Assembly: GCA_026914245.1 (NCBI GenBank)
Contig: CP110439.1
Coordinates: 5,456,001-5,520,000 of the forward strand
Source of the DNA: Puccinia triticina
Lineage: Eukaryota
Reading direction: 5' to 3'
Length of the DNA stretch: 64,000 nucleotides
The number at the start of each line of letters is the position of its first letter. Position 1 is the stretch's first letter. The notes beneath the pieces are model-generated. The model saw only the letters and a program-made list of their open reading frames with translations. It was not told the origin of the DNA and searched no databases. The position numbers and the translations under genes are program-made. Shown piece after piece: positions 11,837 through 25,399 of this stretch.

Positions 11837-12277
11837 CTTTTTGCTTTTTGCCCTGTTCTGATTATAGCATCCTGGGTGACGTTGAGCCATGTGGTACAGA
11901 GAAGTTTATCTTCTTCCATGGTCCAGCGAGGATTTTGGGTTTTGGTACCCTTGGTTGTTTGGTCTTCAACAGCATCTGAAAGTTGAGGAGTTGGAGGAGG
12001 TGATTCATTGGTGGCACTGGTGGTTTTGTAGATGGTGTGATGTGTCAAGGTTGTCTGTGGTGAATTGGTGGATAGGATCTTGTGGTGGATACGTTGGGGA
12101 AGTAGTGTTGATGGCGGCTTGCCCAGAGCTGCCAAAAGAGGCAGCCTCGAGCGGGTTTCATCCAACCCCGCAAACTTTGGCAGCCCTTTTGGCGGGTCCG
12201 CTGGAGGCCAAAAATGCCTTCCGGCCGGCCAAAGTTGGGCTCAGGTCGCGCAACAGCGGCTCCGTTGGAGATGCTCT
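11837..12277 (-). mobile_element. End fragment of a second Harbinger element with part of its Myb-like ORF
   Basis: NPRWTMEEDKLLCTTWLNVTQDAIIRTGQK. TIR-like CCGTTGGAGATGCTC followed by TAA. Confidence 0.7.
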
Positions 12278-13280
12278 AATGTCGTAAATTTGGCCTGAGA
12301 GTTCTGGCCTTTGTGGCTCTTCAACACTTTTTCTTTCACCCCTCACACAACAAAAACCATCCCAAACCAGGTGAAGACGTGAAGGGCATGCATAGCCCAC
12401 CATCTTGGCTTCCTTCCAGATCCTGTCCTCAAAGTGAAAATTGGTCACATGAGCTGGATTGGGCAAGAAATCTTAACAAGAGCCTGGTTGATGGGGGATT
12501 CCTCACATGCCATATGCTTTCAGCCATAACTATGGGTAAATTTGGTAGTATGCATTTCCAGTGTGAATATTACCCCTTGCAAAAACTTTGGTTGACATTA
12601 TAATGTAAGCCACCCATAAGTATATGTCAAGCTAGATACATACATGCATGACGTACAGGTCAACAAACCCTCAAAACCAAAAGTTTGACAAAGAGTGAAA
12701 ACAGAAGGGTTGGGCCCTCAGGGATGGGTGTAGCATCAAAAGATGGGGATGAACCGGAGGATTCTCATGGTCCAAAAGGCATCCAATAGGCCCTTTGGGA
12801 ACAGGGTCAAAATTGAATTGGCACAAAACCCCCACCAAAAGGCCTCAAACCCTCTAGGCTATACCAGGGCCCTCTGATGTGGAGGACTTGTGTTAAGTTA
12901 GGGGGGGGGGTACATACATGCCGGGGGTACTTCCTGGCGGGAATATGGGTTTACAAGCTGTCACATATTTCTCACCATTAAATACTACAAATAGATACTA
13001 TATACATATGTTGTAGCTTGTTACATACAGGATTACCTCTTACTACAGCTATGTCATGAATGACATACACTATTGTCTTGACGTGACATCTTTCAGCTCT
13101 CTCATGTCACTCTTCTCATTACACTAGTCTCATTAAATAATGTCAACTATAAATAACCTTGCATTTTTAGTCCCATTATGCTTTTTCCTTTTATGCAATC
13201 TACCAATTAGTCGTTTCCTCTCATATTTACATACTTTTGCCTCTTTAACATATAATTATTTTTTGTGCCTCTTCAACATA

Positions 13281-16200
13281 CTAGAGGCCAAGGCGGCTGC
13301 GCCGCTGCAGATTTCATGGCAATTCTTCAATCAAAAATGGGTAAATTTGATACCAGTAACAGTACCATATCAATATTTTATCAATTTTTGCTTTGTTACA
13401 GCTGCCCTTAGCAGTAATGGCAGGGCACTACCCATAGTCAATTTTTCTCACTCTCTTTCTCAGTGCCATTACATTACTTTTTTTCAGAAGAAGTTAATTT
13501 ATATCATGTTACAGACTCAGTAATGTGCTGAAGGCCTGTGACCTGTTCATTCATGGCACAGGCACCAAATATTTCAAAGCTTTGTCAGATTTGGAAGAAG
13601 TAGCCACCAGTACTCTTTTCAACCTGAAACATGGTTGCAAAATGAATCATCAAAAGTCCCTTGCTTTGGAATGCCCTGGTAAAGCCTGGGTTGCCACCAT
13701 GCTCCCTTGCAGAAAGTGCAACCCATGAAGGATGGACTGGTAATTGCAAGAGCTTGGTGTGAGAGCTTCCCTTTTTGTGGTAGTTTTGGAACCCCCCCCC
13801 CCTTATGGTGTATTCTCCCTACAAATAATCACACCTGTGGTGCCAGTTTAAATGCCTGAATTTTCTCTTTCTTTTGGTGTCAATCAAATCTTTTCTCTCC
13901 TCACAATCTCATCCCTTTCCTCTCCCAAGTTTCTCATTTTTGAGTGTTTGGCCAGAAGTGTGTCCGTAAATTCCCATTGCCTGAAGAGTTAATTGAAATA
14001 CAGAATCACATTCTGCCTCCACCTTGACATATGGGTGAGGGAAAGACTTCCCCTTACCATTTCTGGAGTACATTGAAGCTGAGATCCTCAATACCCTTCA
14101 TCTAAGGTTGCTTTCTCACAATCAGTATGTGTTGTGTAATATCACTTTAATTCAAAAAGTTGGTCAAAAGCAACCAACTTTTTGAATTAAAGTGATATCT
14201 TTAAAGCTATTAAATTGGAAAATTCTGATAACTCAAAAGCACTGACTTAAGTCAAATGGAAATCATGCCTTGTTCCACAACCACCAATGAAGCTCTAGAC
14301 TGGGAGTACAAACAAATTATAGAAGATGTAAGCAATTAGTGTCATAAGCAAAGCAGCAACCTGGGATTGATATGTGAAAAGTTCAACCAAAAATCCACAA
14401 CAGATATGCAGGCTTTTTAAAGAATTAATTGAGAGAATAGAAAAAATAATAACCGGAGAAATGATTTTTGACCTTCATGGTATCCTTCTACTACATAGTA
14501 CTGATCAAGTAGTGTAAAGGAAGCCGTACCTGGCTGGGGCAGTTATCCCTGAGCTCGATATTCATGTTTCATTGCATGTTCATCTGAAGCAATAGTGGTT
14601 TCATCCACCTCAACTTTAGCAGCTAGCTGAAAAAAACTGACCAGGAAGATAAACAGATTTTCAACAAGCACAATGATAGGCACATTGGCCAACAGCGTTG
14701 ACTTGCTCTTTATTCCTGCCCCCGCCCTGGGGAGCGGGGCCAACGTGGTCCTCCTGTGGGAGTGATTTCTTGCTGGTGGGGCTGCTACGTGTTGGCTAGG
14801 AGAAGCAGGCGAAGCTCGGCGACAGCTGTGACTCAGGCTCCGTTGATTCGCTGGTGCTGACGGTGCAGGAGGTATTGAAAGAAGCAAGGGCAGTGGACTG
14901 AGAGTCATTGGCGCAAGCACGTCCACCGCGAAATGTCACGTACAAGAATTTTCAGAAACAATATTAGCTGTTGTCTCGTGCGGAGTCGGATAGAAGGCCT
15001 CATTGATATGACGTTTTTGTGCACGGTCTGGATCTGGGCTTCTTGGAGTGCCTTCACTTTTCCGGCTCACTCAATGCACCAACAACAGCGCCGGTTATGT
15101 CCAGGAGCCCCACCCGCTCCACCACCTCCCCCAGCCCACGCGTCGTGGCCCCAACCGCGAGGGATCCCTCCGACAGGACAGGTCCTTGTGGTCCCCATCC
15201 GCGACAGCGTTGGCCGAGAGAAACGGCTAGTGAATATACGTGGGGATCTGATAACTGGCCAAGGGCTCGGCCATGGCCTCCGAGCCCGTTTTTGTTGATC
15301 TTGAGGTGGGAGTCCTGCTCATCATTCAGTTCGAGTTGTCGGATGCATTGGCGGTATCGAAGTCGAGCGCCTGGCCCTCCTCACAACGGCAGCGCAGAAC
15401 TCGGTGCAAGAGAAAAGTTTGACCAGCACCCCTTCGGGCTTGCTTGCCAAGGAAACCAGGCAGATCTTCGAGGGTGGGCGAGCTGATCGTAACACACTCG
15501 CAGGAGTCGGTCTGTTTGGCTTCCTTGCTGCAGAAAAAATATATCGTGCACAGGGTTTAGTTGTTGAGGTGGAGATTGGCTGGGGCTGGTTGGTAGCGAT
15601 AGGAACAATCAGGATAAAAGTAGTTCCAATTGGTTGAGAGGTGACCGTTGGCAGTATTACGGTGGCATGGCGGGTGATAAGTTGTCATCCAATGGAGAAT
15701 TCAGGCTGAAGTGTGAACAGGGGTGGCGGACTGGCGATTCGTAGGTATTTAAACAGGAGCTCTGGCCGCTTCGTTTATCCCGCAGGCATGTCCGTTTTTG
15801 CTGTACTTCCAGCTGGCGGCGTGTCCTCACGCCCCCTCGCTGTCGCACTTGCGCAGTCTGGGGGGCTAAAGAGTGGGCCCCCCATTGTGCAGATTGCCAT
15901 TGGCTTTGCTGGGGGCCTTCAACCCCATACTTTTTGACCCATCCAATTGAGATGGGCTGGAGTGTGAGCCTGGGTGCAGCAGCTATGCTGGTGTTAGGGG
16001 GCTAGGTTGCTGGTTGAGAATTTCAATGTACTTTAATAGAGGTCACACTATTTTTTTTGTATCTGTGTAGTGGGGAAACCCTTTCAATTTTTTTGTACTT
16101 TGGTGTTTTATGAGGCAAACTATGTCATTTTTTGGTGAATTTTGTCTATTTTAGGGGGAACCCTTGATTTTTTTTTTTTGTAATTTTGGAAAAACTGTGT

Positions 16201-16433
16201 CTTTAATAAACTTGGATACTTATTTTTTGTGCCTCTTTAACATATACTTTTTTTTAAGTGCATGCAAGTAGGAAAATTCTTGCAAGCTGAATAATTTTTT
16301 TGTTACATTTCAAAACAGTCCAAAAACTTCAGGTATCTTCAAACTCTTTATTTTCTCTGTTCCCTGAAATTCTAAGAAATGGGGTGGCATCAAAAGATGA
16401 GATATAAGGGGTGTGCAGCAGTCTTAATAGGAA
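13281..16433 (-). mobile_element. Putative non-autonomous Helitron A (5' limit uncertain)
   Basis: 3' terminus (hairpin GCGGCGCAGCCGC + CTTGGCCTCTAG|T) on minus at 13281-13310. Shared head module at ~15820-16220. Confidence 0.55.
14139..14198. repeat. Perfect inverted repeat with 26-bp arms
   Basis: ATATCACTTTAATTCAAAAAGTTGGT ... ACCAACTTTTTGAATTAAAGTGATAT. Confidence 0.85.
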
Positions 16434-19400
16434 CTAGAGGCCAAGGCGGCTACCCTGCTGCAAACCAAAGGTTTTCCCCTCACCCCCCTACCCCCCATTC
16501 TTCCTCAGCTAGAGCAAGATGTTAGCTTATGATAAAGACATTGTGTATATGCTGATCAGCAGAGATCAACTATTTGTTATATTGAAAAGCATAATGAAAT
16601 TCCTGCAGTATATAGGCTATCCCAAGAAGTGAGGAATATGACGCCTGTGACTGCATTTCATTGAAAAGGAAGGCAGCCAGAGCTCATCCTAGAGGTTTGA
16701 ATTCATCACCACAATGAGGAACACACTTCAAACAAGAGGAATTGAATAAAACTTCTCTATTTCCGAAAAGAGAGCCAGTTGCGAGGACAAATCAGCAACA
16801 GTCTCCACCAGAACAACAACCGCGTAAAAAAAGGTAACTTCTTTGGTGAGCACCTGCACATCGGGAAGGATTCCACCATGGAGCAGTCCGTACCTGCTAG
16901 CCAAGGAAGGCTGCTCTAGGCAGACAGCAGCTATGTGTATTGGCTGGCCGGACGGCGGAAGGTGTCTTCGCTCGCCGGGCCCCGGAGGGAATATTGCTCC
17001 TTACAATGCACCAGCTAGTCTACATCCTTGCCGAGGTTGCTCCCCGGAAATCACCTGCACATATGCTTGCCAAGAATGATTCATTCCCACTGGGCAGAAT
17101 CCTCGGCACTTGTAAATGCTTGACAATGAGACTGGCCATCGAATGGAGTAAACACTCCCTTTGATGGCCGGTCCGACTGCACATCTAGAGGAGGAGAGTC
17201 CTCTTGATGGCCACTGTCTTCTCCCTTTGATGACCTATGCCATTGGGAGGGGTAACTGAAGGCCGCGGAGGCATTCTTGCACCGGGAAGGGGCTGGGCGG
17301 GACAATCTTTGCAAGATCAGCATGTGTGGGTTCTCAGGCCCTTTTTTTAGCAATTAAAGAAGTTTTATTCGGGGGTGCTTCAAACAAGTGTGAGATATCA
17401 TTATTGGAGTGCAGATTCCATAAAAGTGAGAGGAGGAAGGAGGAAACAAAGTTAAAATAAATGATAGTCAAACAGGGCTGGTCAAGAAGAACTGCAGTAG
17501 TAGTTTTCCATGCTTGATCAAAAACACTATGGGAGGCTTTTGGATACAATTAAATTTAACACTTGGATGAGAATCAAATCACTAAGTTTTTTTACTGAAA
17601 GGTCTTTTTGTAGTCTTTGATTTTTGATACTAATTGGTGGCAATGTGGAGCACATCACATTTGCTTGATGATGTACCTTGAGGGGGTTCAGTGCAGTCCC
17701 TTCCCCAGCCAATCCTGACACCAGTTTCACCAATTGAGAGAATTTTCAAGTGTCTTTCTGACCACAGTGGGTTGCTACTTTACAGTTCTTGTTAATGTAA
17801 CGGTATTGTAGCAATTTTTGGCCCCTCTATGCTAAACTTTTTTGCTCAATAATGCACTACTTTACTTGATAAAGTTTTACTTTGCTCAACAACACATTGA
17901 TTTATTAGTAACAGGCTAACAGCCATACAAAAGTGGCCAGTCTACAATAAATGTGATGCAGCTATCCGCACGCTAGCATTAACAATAACTGAAAAAATGA
18001 TAAGCGCAGGGCACTAATTTACTCTACAGCCCTGGATTTTTTAGAGTAAAGTAGCAAAACACCATTGTTTCTGACAATTTTCCAGGTCATCAAGATTTTT
18101 CTGTCAATAAGTAGACAGACTTGCAACTGTATAACTTTGTTTGTTTCAGTAAATTTGATTTATTCAGATGCTTGAATTTTGCCATTATTTCAGCTCATCA
18201 TTGTAGGAAAAACATGTTCATGCAACAAAATATTTAATTTGACAATAAAAATACTGGTACAGGAGAATGAAAGCATGGATGACTAAAAGCATAGATGTAA
18301 GACTAAAAAATACAAATGAAAAATCATACTGGGGAGTTGGAAGATCAGAAAAGACTTGAAAAGAGAACAGGGGTGTCAATACACTTTTTGATGATGTCAG
18401 CATCCTCTCAAGTTCTGGTCATGAGGATCTGTCACAACTTGAGTTGGAACTTTAAAACCAAAAGGGAATTCTCAATCTAGAAAATTTCTGGCAAGTTGAA
18501 GTAGGGAGGGAAGTAGATTAGTAAAGAAAAACTGCAAACAGTCAAAGCTTCCTTGAAAATAAGCCGTCCTCACACAGCTGTGACTGTCTGCAACAGCTGT
18601 CCCTGTCAGTAGTTGTATAAGTAGCATCAGCAATGTGGAGTCAGAATTGGAGGTGGAAGAGCTGGGGACTGTTGATGGTGCTGCTCCTGGAGCATGGTTG
18701 GCACTGTGCGCCGGATGCAAGGTGCGCTGATGATTGTGCGGCTTTTCCTGACCTCGTCAAGCCCAAGGTCAGGCATCAAGCCCCTTCCCATGCTCATCTT
18801 CTTCGTCCTGCTCTCGATCCTCGACAGCAGAAGTGGTTTATGAGGGGGAGGTAAAGACAGCGCCGATGGGGCAGAAGACATGGCTGGCGGTGAGGGAGCT
18901 TGGGACCGGCTTCTTGGCCCGGCCGCTGCCATTGCCCACCGCCACTGCCCTCATCTGAGTTATTGTTCTTGCTCCGGAGGCTGGGGGCGCCCATGATAAA
19001 CATTGCAGCAGAGGGGGAGGAGTTCTTGAAGAGCTAAGAACGCACAGAGGTCAGATAGAGGGGTATGAGGGTGCATGGTGAGGGGAGGAGGGAGGAGGAG
19101 GACGGACCCAGGAGTGGAGTTTCTTGATAACCTGGTCAAGCGGGTTGTGGGGCACAAAGGTATGGGAAAGGGGGCCAGCAGTCGCCGCCGCTGGCAAATT
19201 GATATCATGCTGTTGGTGTTGTTGGGAGGAGGAGAAAGGACATGAAGGGTTAGAGAACAATGGGGGGCAGGAGGCGGCGGCAGATGAGTGGGTAGAGAGG
19301 AAGTGGTTGCGGACGGCGCGTTTACTGAGGAGAAGCTGGCGGTGGACCCAGGCGGAGAAGTTGAGGGAGCTCAGGAAGGCGTGTAGAAGGTAGAGGCGAA

Positions 19401-20865
19401 GAAGCTGGCCATGAGCCAGGATCAAAACTCAAATGTGGTGGTGTGTTCCTTCAAGGACTTGAGGAAAAGATTGGATTTGAAGGAGGCTGTCCGGCGGGGC
19501 TCTCTGCCTATCGCTCTGTCCCCCGTCAAAAATATGAGCATATACTACTGTACTACCAAAATAAAAGATCAAGGAGGAGAAACCACCCACTTGACCACTG
19601 GCAGCAGGGGGTGAAGTAGCTTTGGCAATGGAGGGGCTTGGGGAACTGCTTAGGGAGCACGGAGAAATTCCAGGCAATGAAGATGTTGACCTGGTGGTAG
19701 TCCTTGCACTCAAGACAGAGCAGGAGCTGCTTGACCATTGCATTGTTCTTGTGCAGCACCTGCTCCGCTCCGTCAGCAGCCCAATATTGTGGTTGAGAGT
19801 CGCAGACACAGCACATTTGGCCAGGGCTTCTCCTGCTATCGAGGTCGCCACCATTGTGTCGCCGAGACAGCTGTTGGATGAGAGAAATCAAGTCAGCCAT
19901 GATACACATAGCAATTGTGGAAGATTGAGGGACCAGACAACAAACAAGCCACTGAAGCTACCTCGGCGCCGAGTTAGTACTTGTTGATTGACCACCCCAG
20001 CCTGGCGAGAGCAACAAAAGCGCCCAGGGAGATCATCCAATGGCGAGGGCACCGCCTAGTGGTGGTCGGAGAATAGTATAGTCTGGTCAGGTTATGCAAC
20101 AGTTGGGAGGAGTTCATCGTTGTGCTCATGCTTGCATATTGTGTTTTGAATAATTCTTGGACATTTGGGTAATCCCCCCCTCCATCACAAAAACACCAAC
20201 TTCACTTGATGTACGCCAAAAATGGGGTTCACTCACAGATTCTACTCATATCCAGCTACCAGTGCCTCCCAGACCCCATAAGTGTAGCTTTTGGACTTTC
20301 CGGTGCAGAACTGATTTTGGAAAAGTGTCCAAGCTTTTTTCAAAACACAATATGTATTGAGTGCTTTTGCCTGCAATGGCCATTGTGGCGCAACATTGTT
20401 GTGTGTAGGGAGCTTGGCGACGGCCTAATGGTTGAAACTGGGTACCAGGGTTGAGGTGTTGAGCTGGAGGGGAGAAGTCGGGCAGGTTTGTTGTGTCTGA
20501 ATGGCTATTTAATCAAGCCTGATGAGTAGTATTGTTTGCCCCAGGCATCCTCTGCCGCTGTAATTCCAGCGTGCGGTTTGTCCTCAACCCCCTCAGCTGT
20601 TGCACTTGCACAGTTTGAGGGGCTCTACTCGGTGGCCCCCCTTTGCATAATGCCTTTACTGCGCGCGCTGGGGGTCATCCACCCACTATTTTAAACCCTG
20701 CTAGACAGGGATGGATAGTGGGTCCAGTTTGTGGTGTTTGGATTTTGTTTTTGTGATTTGTTTTTTTGAAAGGGGGAACCCTTGCATTTTTTTTAAATTT
20801 GGTTAATTTTCAGGGGGAACCCTTGATCTTTGTTTCTGTGTTTCTCTGTCTTTAATAAACTTGGA
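16434..20865 (-). mobile_element. Putative non-autonomous Helitron B with GC-rich cargo (5' limit uncertain)
   Basis: Degenerate copy of the same 3' terminus at 16434-16461. Head module 20540-20865 is the reverse complement of 48990-49310. Confidence 0.55.
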
Positions 20866-21491
20866 TAATTTGTCTAATTGGATAGTTTTTTTGTTACATT
20901 TCACAGCAGTATGAAAACTTCAGGGAACTTTCAAATATGCATATTCTCTGTGCCCTTAAAATTTTAGGATTCTTTTGGCATCAGAACCGGGTGTGCACGA
21001 GTAGGTATTATGACTACTGCACATCCCTTGAATCTCAGGTTCTGAAGCCAGAAAATTACTAAAAATTTCAGGGCACGTAGAACATGCCTATGTGAAAGTT
21101 CACTTAATTTTTCAGACTGCTGTGACATGTAAAAGAAAACTATCCAATTAGACAGATTTTTCCTATTAAGACTGCCGCACACCCCTTATATCTCATATTT
21201 TTATGCCACCCCGTTGCTCAACATTTCAGGACACAGAGGAAATACAGAATTTAAAGATCCCTGAAATTTTAGACTGTTTTCAAATGCAACAAAAAAGTTA
21301 TTCAGCTAGCAAGAATTTTCCTACTAAGCCCGCTGCACACTCCCTGAAAATCCTAAAAACTTCAGGCAATGCGGAATAATCACAATTATAAGTGCCCTGA
21401 AATTTTTTTGCGTCTGGGAAATGTAACAAAAAGGTTATTCCATTAGTATGCACCCCAGAAGAGCAGGTACACAAAAAAAAGGGTACATTAA

Positions 21492-21641
21492 GGCCCTGTT
21501 TGGAGCCAATATAATCTGGGTGATATATGAGTTTTTTTGCCTGAAATCCTATGTGACATCTGATCAGGTCCTCCAAAACTTTATCAGATGACACCAAATT
21601 CCAGATTATATTGTGCAATTATATTGGCTCCAAACAGGGCC
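21492..21641. mobile_element. Tourist-like (PIF/Harbinger) MITE
   Basis: TIR GGCCCTGTTTGGAGCCAATATAAT, flanked by TAA/TAG. Confidence 0.8.
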
Positions 21642-23378
21642 TAGTTAATCAATTGAAAATTGATTTTTGGATCAGCCTAAATGCACTCCAAAGTTTAACT
21701 TTTTGCACTCCAAAATTTTGGCTTTGGGGGGCCAGCACTCCAAAAAAGTTGGAGTGCCTTGATTTTGTACTCCCAAAACATGGAGTCCCCAGATGGAAAC
21801 TCCATTTTTGTTGGAGTGAACAACCGGGTACTCCAAAATTGACCAAAATAGGGAAGTGCAGCTAGATGCACCCCAAAAAAAATGGAGTGCAAGCCCAAGC
21901 ACTCCACCTTTTTAGTGAAGGATTTTGGCTTTGCACTCCAGCTGCCAAATACCAAATGGAGTGCATTGGGGTGCACTCCAAGTCTCCTTTTTTTTGGAGT
22001 GCCCACAGCACATAGCCATCAAGCAGGGCACAACCCAAGCTTGATGACTGGCCATTGAGTGGAGTACACACCCCACTCAATTACCAACCAGCCATTGAGT
22101 GGCATACTGACAGCTCTGTTTATGAAGCTTAGGGCAAAAACCCATCAAAATTAAGGGTTTTTGGGCCCTAGCACTATAACTGTGCTGATGTAAACACTAG
22201 TAATGTAAATTACTAAACTTGTTACGTGGTAATTTAGCCACTACAAGGGTTTTAAACACTCTTTTTAAAAAGAGAAGGATTTATTATGTAATTAATAATA
22301 TATAATTATTAATTACAGGGAATAAATTTGGCGTAAAAGGTAGGTGGTAAGCGCTTAAGCTGATTGGCTGCTTGTCAGAGGCGGAGGTCTTACGGCAACT
22401 ACTTTTAAGGATAAAGCTTGTAAATATGCTAATAAGGGATTTTTGATATTTTAAAGGTTTAATCCAGTGGATTTTACATGCTGGGGATGGTTTAAAGGAA
22501 AAAGGGGCTACAATAGTAGCTGAGGAGAATATTCACGGCAAACTTACAGTTTATGGGCGGTGAATGGTCTGGGGGATCTTTTCCTGAGGGCCAAATAGGC
22601 CTCTATTTATAGAGGGGACTTCAGTGGGCGTAAACACTGAGTCCTTTTCTCCCTATGGGAGTATCTAGGGGTGTAGCCGTGAAAAGGGCTTGGCTGTGGG
22701 TAATTTAATTGTATTGTAATAGACTAATTTCCCTGACTCTGTCACATGACATGTTTATAACCAATTGTCATGTAAAAGAGCTTCAGTAGAAGTCTAAATA
22801 ATACTTTCACGGGGTATTTTTACACGAGTAATATTACTCATTAATTTACAACAGTTTAATTTTATTTACATTGTTTGTTTTACTAAATTTATGTATGTAA
22901 TACTATTTTTGGGCGCTTTCTGGGGCCAATTCTTATTTATACAATTAGTCCATGAAGGAATAGGAATAAGGGGGTACTTTAAGTGGGTGACCCCCCTTAA
23001 TTTATGATGAGGAATCTGATTCTGCAATAATAATTTAATAATTATTATTATTTACTAAGTTATTGCAGTCTTTTGGATACTTAATGTATCTCTAAGGCTG
23101 ACACATACACCCTTGATGACCGGTTGTTGCTGGTCATTGAGGGGAAAAACATCTCCTCTTCATGACTGATCTGCGCCGTCATTGTGGGGGGTAACACACC
23201 CCGGCCATTGAGTGGGGTTTTTACTCCACTTGATGACCAACCATCAAGCCAGGTACACACCCCACCTGGTGGCCGACCATTGAGTGGAGTAGAAACTCCC
23301 CTCAATGACCGGCAATCAAGCGGAGGAAACATCCCACTTGATGGCCAACCACCGAGTAGATTGCCACCCTAAAGGTTT

Positions 23379-23533
23379 GGGTTTTGATAAATGCACACCA
23401 CCCTCCGGGGGGCACGCCCACGCCCACACTCTTCAAAAAGGGCGTGTGGGCCCGCACATCCGCCCCCACACCCTATTTTAGCCTAAGGCGTGGGACCCAA
23501 AGGGCGTGCAAGGGTGTGCATTTATCAACACCC
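23379..23533. mobile_element. Small MITE
   Basis: TIR GGGT(T/G)TTGATAAATGCACACC. Confidence 0.65.
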
Positions 23534-23839
23534 AAAACATCCCCACATTTGAAACAATGGACCACAAAGTCACACATGCATACAAAATCATCACAATAAA
23601 GTAAAACAGATTCTTCTACTGAGCTAGGAATAAAATCATTTTTGGTGTCTACTAAAAACCAGCAATGATTTTATTAGGGGGTTTCACAATAAAGAAACCC
23701 GGGAAGGTGGTCAAGCGCTTGCGAGTATTGTTATGAGGATGCTTGGGGCAATTTCTTGCGGGACTTCACGCCAAATTTTTAAGCGAGTATGTCACCTGCA
23801 AGTAAAGAAATTTAGTGCTGTGGGAAGCAAAAATGCTTA

Positions 23840-24947
23840 CAGTGACCCCGCCATGTAAGCATAAGGATGGTGGACACAAATCCTATGCTTACATAGAGGT
23901 GTGCTTCTTAGCAAAGTAAGCATAAATCAATGTATGCTTATATAGGACTGGCCTATATAAGCATTGTGAATTTCCAGGGCAGTTTATGCTTACATTGGCA
24001 ACCACCAGAAGTGGGTTGCCATAGCCAATTCGCGCATGTATGCTTATATTTATATGTATGTATTCCCATTACTATCTTGCACACAGACATTCCAAGAAAG
24101 AACATTTTTGAGGTTGAAGAGCTGTATTTTGGAGATTCTCATGGTTTCAGAGATGGAGAACAGCCTAACTTAACTAAGTCCCTCTCTTTGTGGAGGGGGG
24201 ACGCCGTCCCGCAGGGACCCTCCAAAGGAGGGACTTATACACTAAGTGGACCCCGCAGCCTGAGAGAATCAGGAACTTGGCCTTTTTCAATCCTGTGTAG
24301 CTTCATCACATCACATTATGTGATTGAGTTGTAGGGGAACAAAAGATGCAGAACATCAAGTAGAATCTTTCCACCTATTGTCCTATTTTTAGGGATATGT
24401 AATGACATTCAAATGTCTTTTTTTGCAACTTCATCTAGTTGGCTACATCCCGTATCACACATGTTGCACTGTACAGAATCTGGAATCCATGATGTTACAA
24501 CTCTGATTACAGCTCAACAAGAGGTGTTGAGGATGGGAAAAAATAGTAGAAAGATAGGGACAGCTTGGCCATCCCAGAAATGTAAACAATTTCAAAAATG
24601 GTGCAGAGGCTCATGAGGGAGAGTGATTCTAAAAAAGTCCCCACCAAAAGTCATAATTCTCTCAGGCCGCAGGGTCCACATAGGGCGTAAGTCCCTCCTT
24701 TGGAGGTCGCTTTGCTCCCCCAAGGAGGGAATTAGCTAAGTTAGGAGAACAGCAGTATCTATGGCCCCTTGGCCTCTTTTCCCAGTCCTATATAAGCATT
24801 TTTTTGTTTTCTCCCCCCAATTTTTTATGCATTATGCATTATGCATAAAAAGCATCAAATTTGCGGTAACCAAAAATGGTGGATGGAAATCCTATGCTTA
24901 CAGCAAATTATGCTTACAACGTGTATGCTTACATGGCGGGGTCACTG
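23840..24947. mobile_element. Tc1/mariner-type MITE containing a nested element
   Basis: TIR CAGTGACCCCGCCATGTAAGCATA with TA TSD. Confidence 0.85.
24165..24744. mobile_element. Mutator-like MITE nested in the mariner MITE
   Basis: 9-bp TSD GAGAACAGC (24156-24164 and 24745-24753). Imperfect TIR CTAACTTAACTAAGTCCCTC. Confidence 0.8.
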
Positions 24948-25207
24948 TATCACAAAACCCGCTATTCTTTTGAGAAATCTTCTCTCCAAGAATCAGTCTT
25001 TCCAATGTCTTACCTGGAGTCCAAATTTTCAAAGGGTTTCATCAGTGAAGAGTCTTGTCAGACTCTTATATTTTCCCACCCTGCACCCTGTCACCCCCAC
25101 ACACACACTTTGTTGTTGATGAACAGGGGGGAGGGGGAGCTGGCCATTGCATCTTGATTGAATTTGAGCTGAGAGAGAGAGGGGGATGACAAAAGAATAA
25201 TTTCCCC

Positions 25208-25237
25208 CTGCAGCGGCGAAGCCGCCTTGGCCTCTAG
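25208..25237 (+). mobile_element. Helitron-type 3' terminus (fourth copy)
   Basis: CTGCAGCGGCGAAGCCGCCTTGGCCTCTAG followed by T. Confidence 0.7.
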
Positions 25238-25399
25238 TATATTGTTATTTCTTTTTCTCTCTCATCTTATGTAGAGAAGTACCAAAATCTGATTTTAGGT
25301 ACATTGTTTTTTCTCTTTATCTCAATCTCTAGTATGCTAGATGAGCAAGGGACTGTCTTGGTTGTTTAAAATCTTTTAGGATTTAGAAGTAATTTGATA

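Noticed and set aside
22110..23080. AT-rich block as a decayed LTR (also 12600-13230)
   Set aside because: No confident termini or TSD found.
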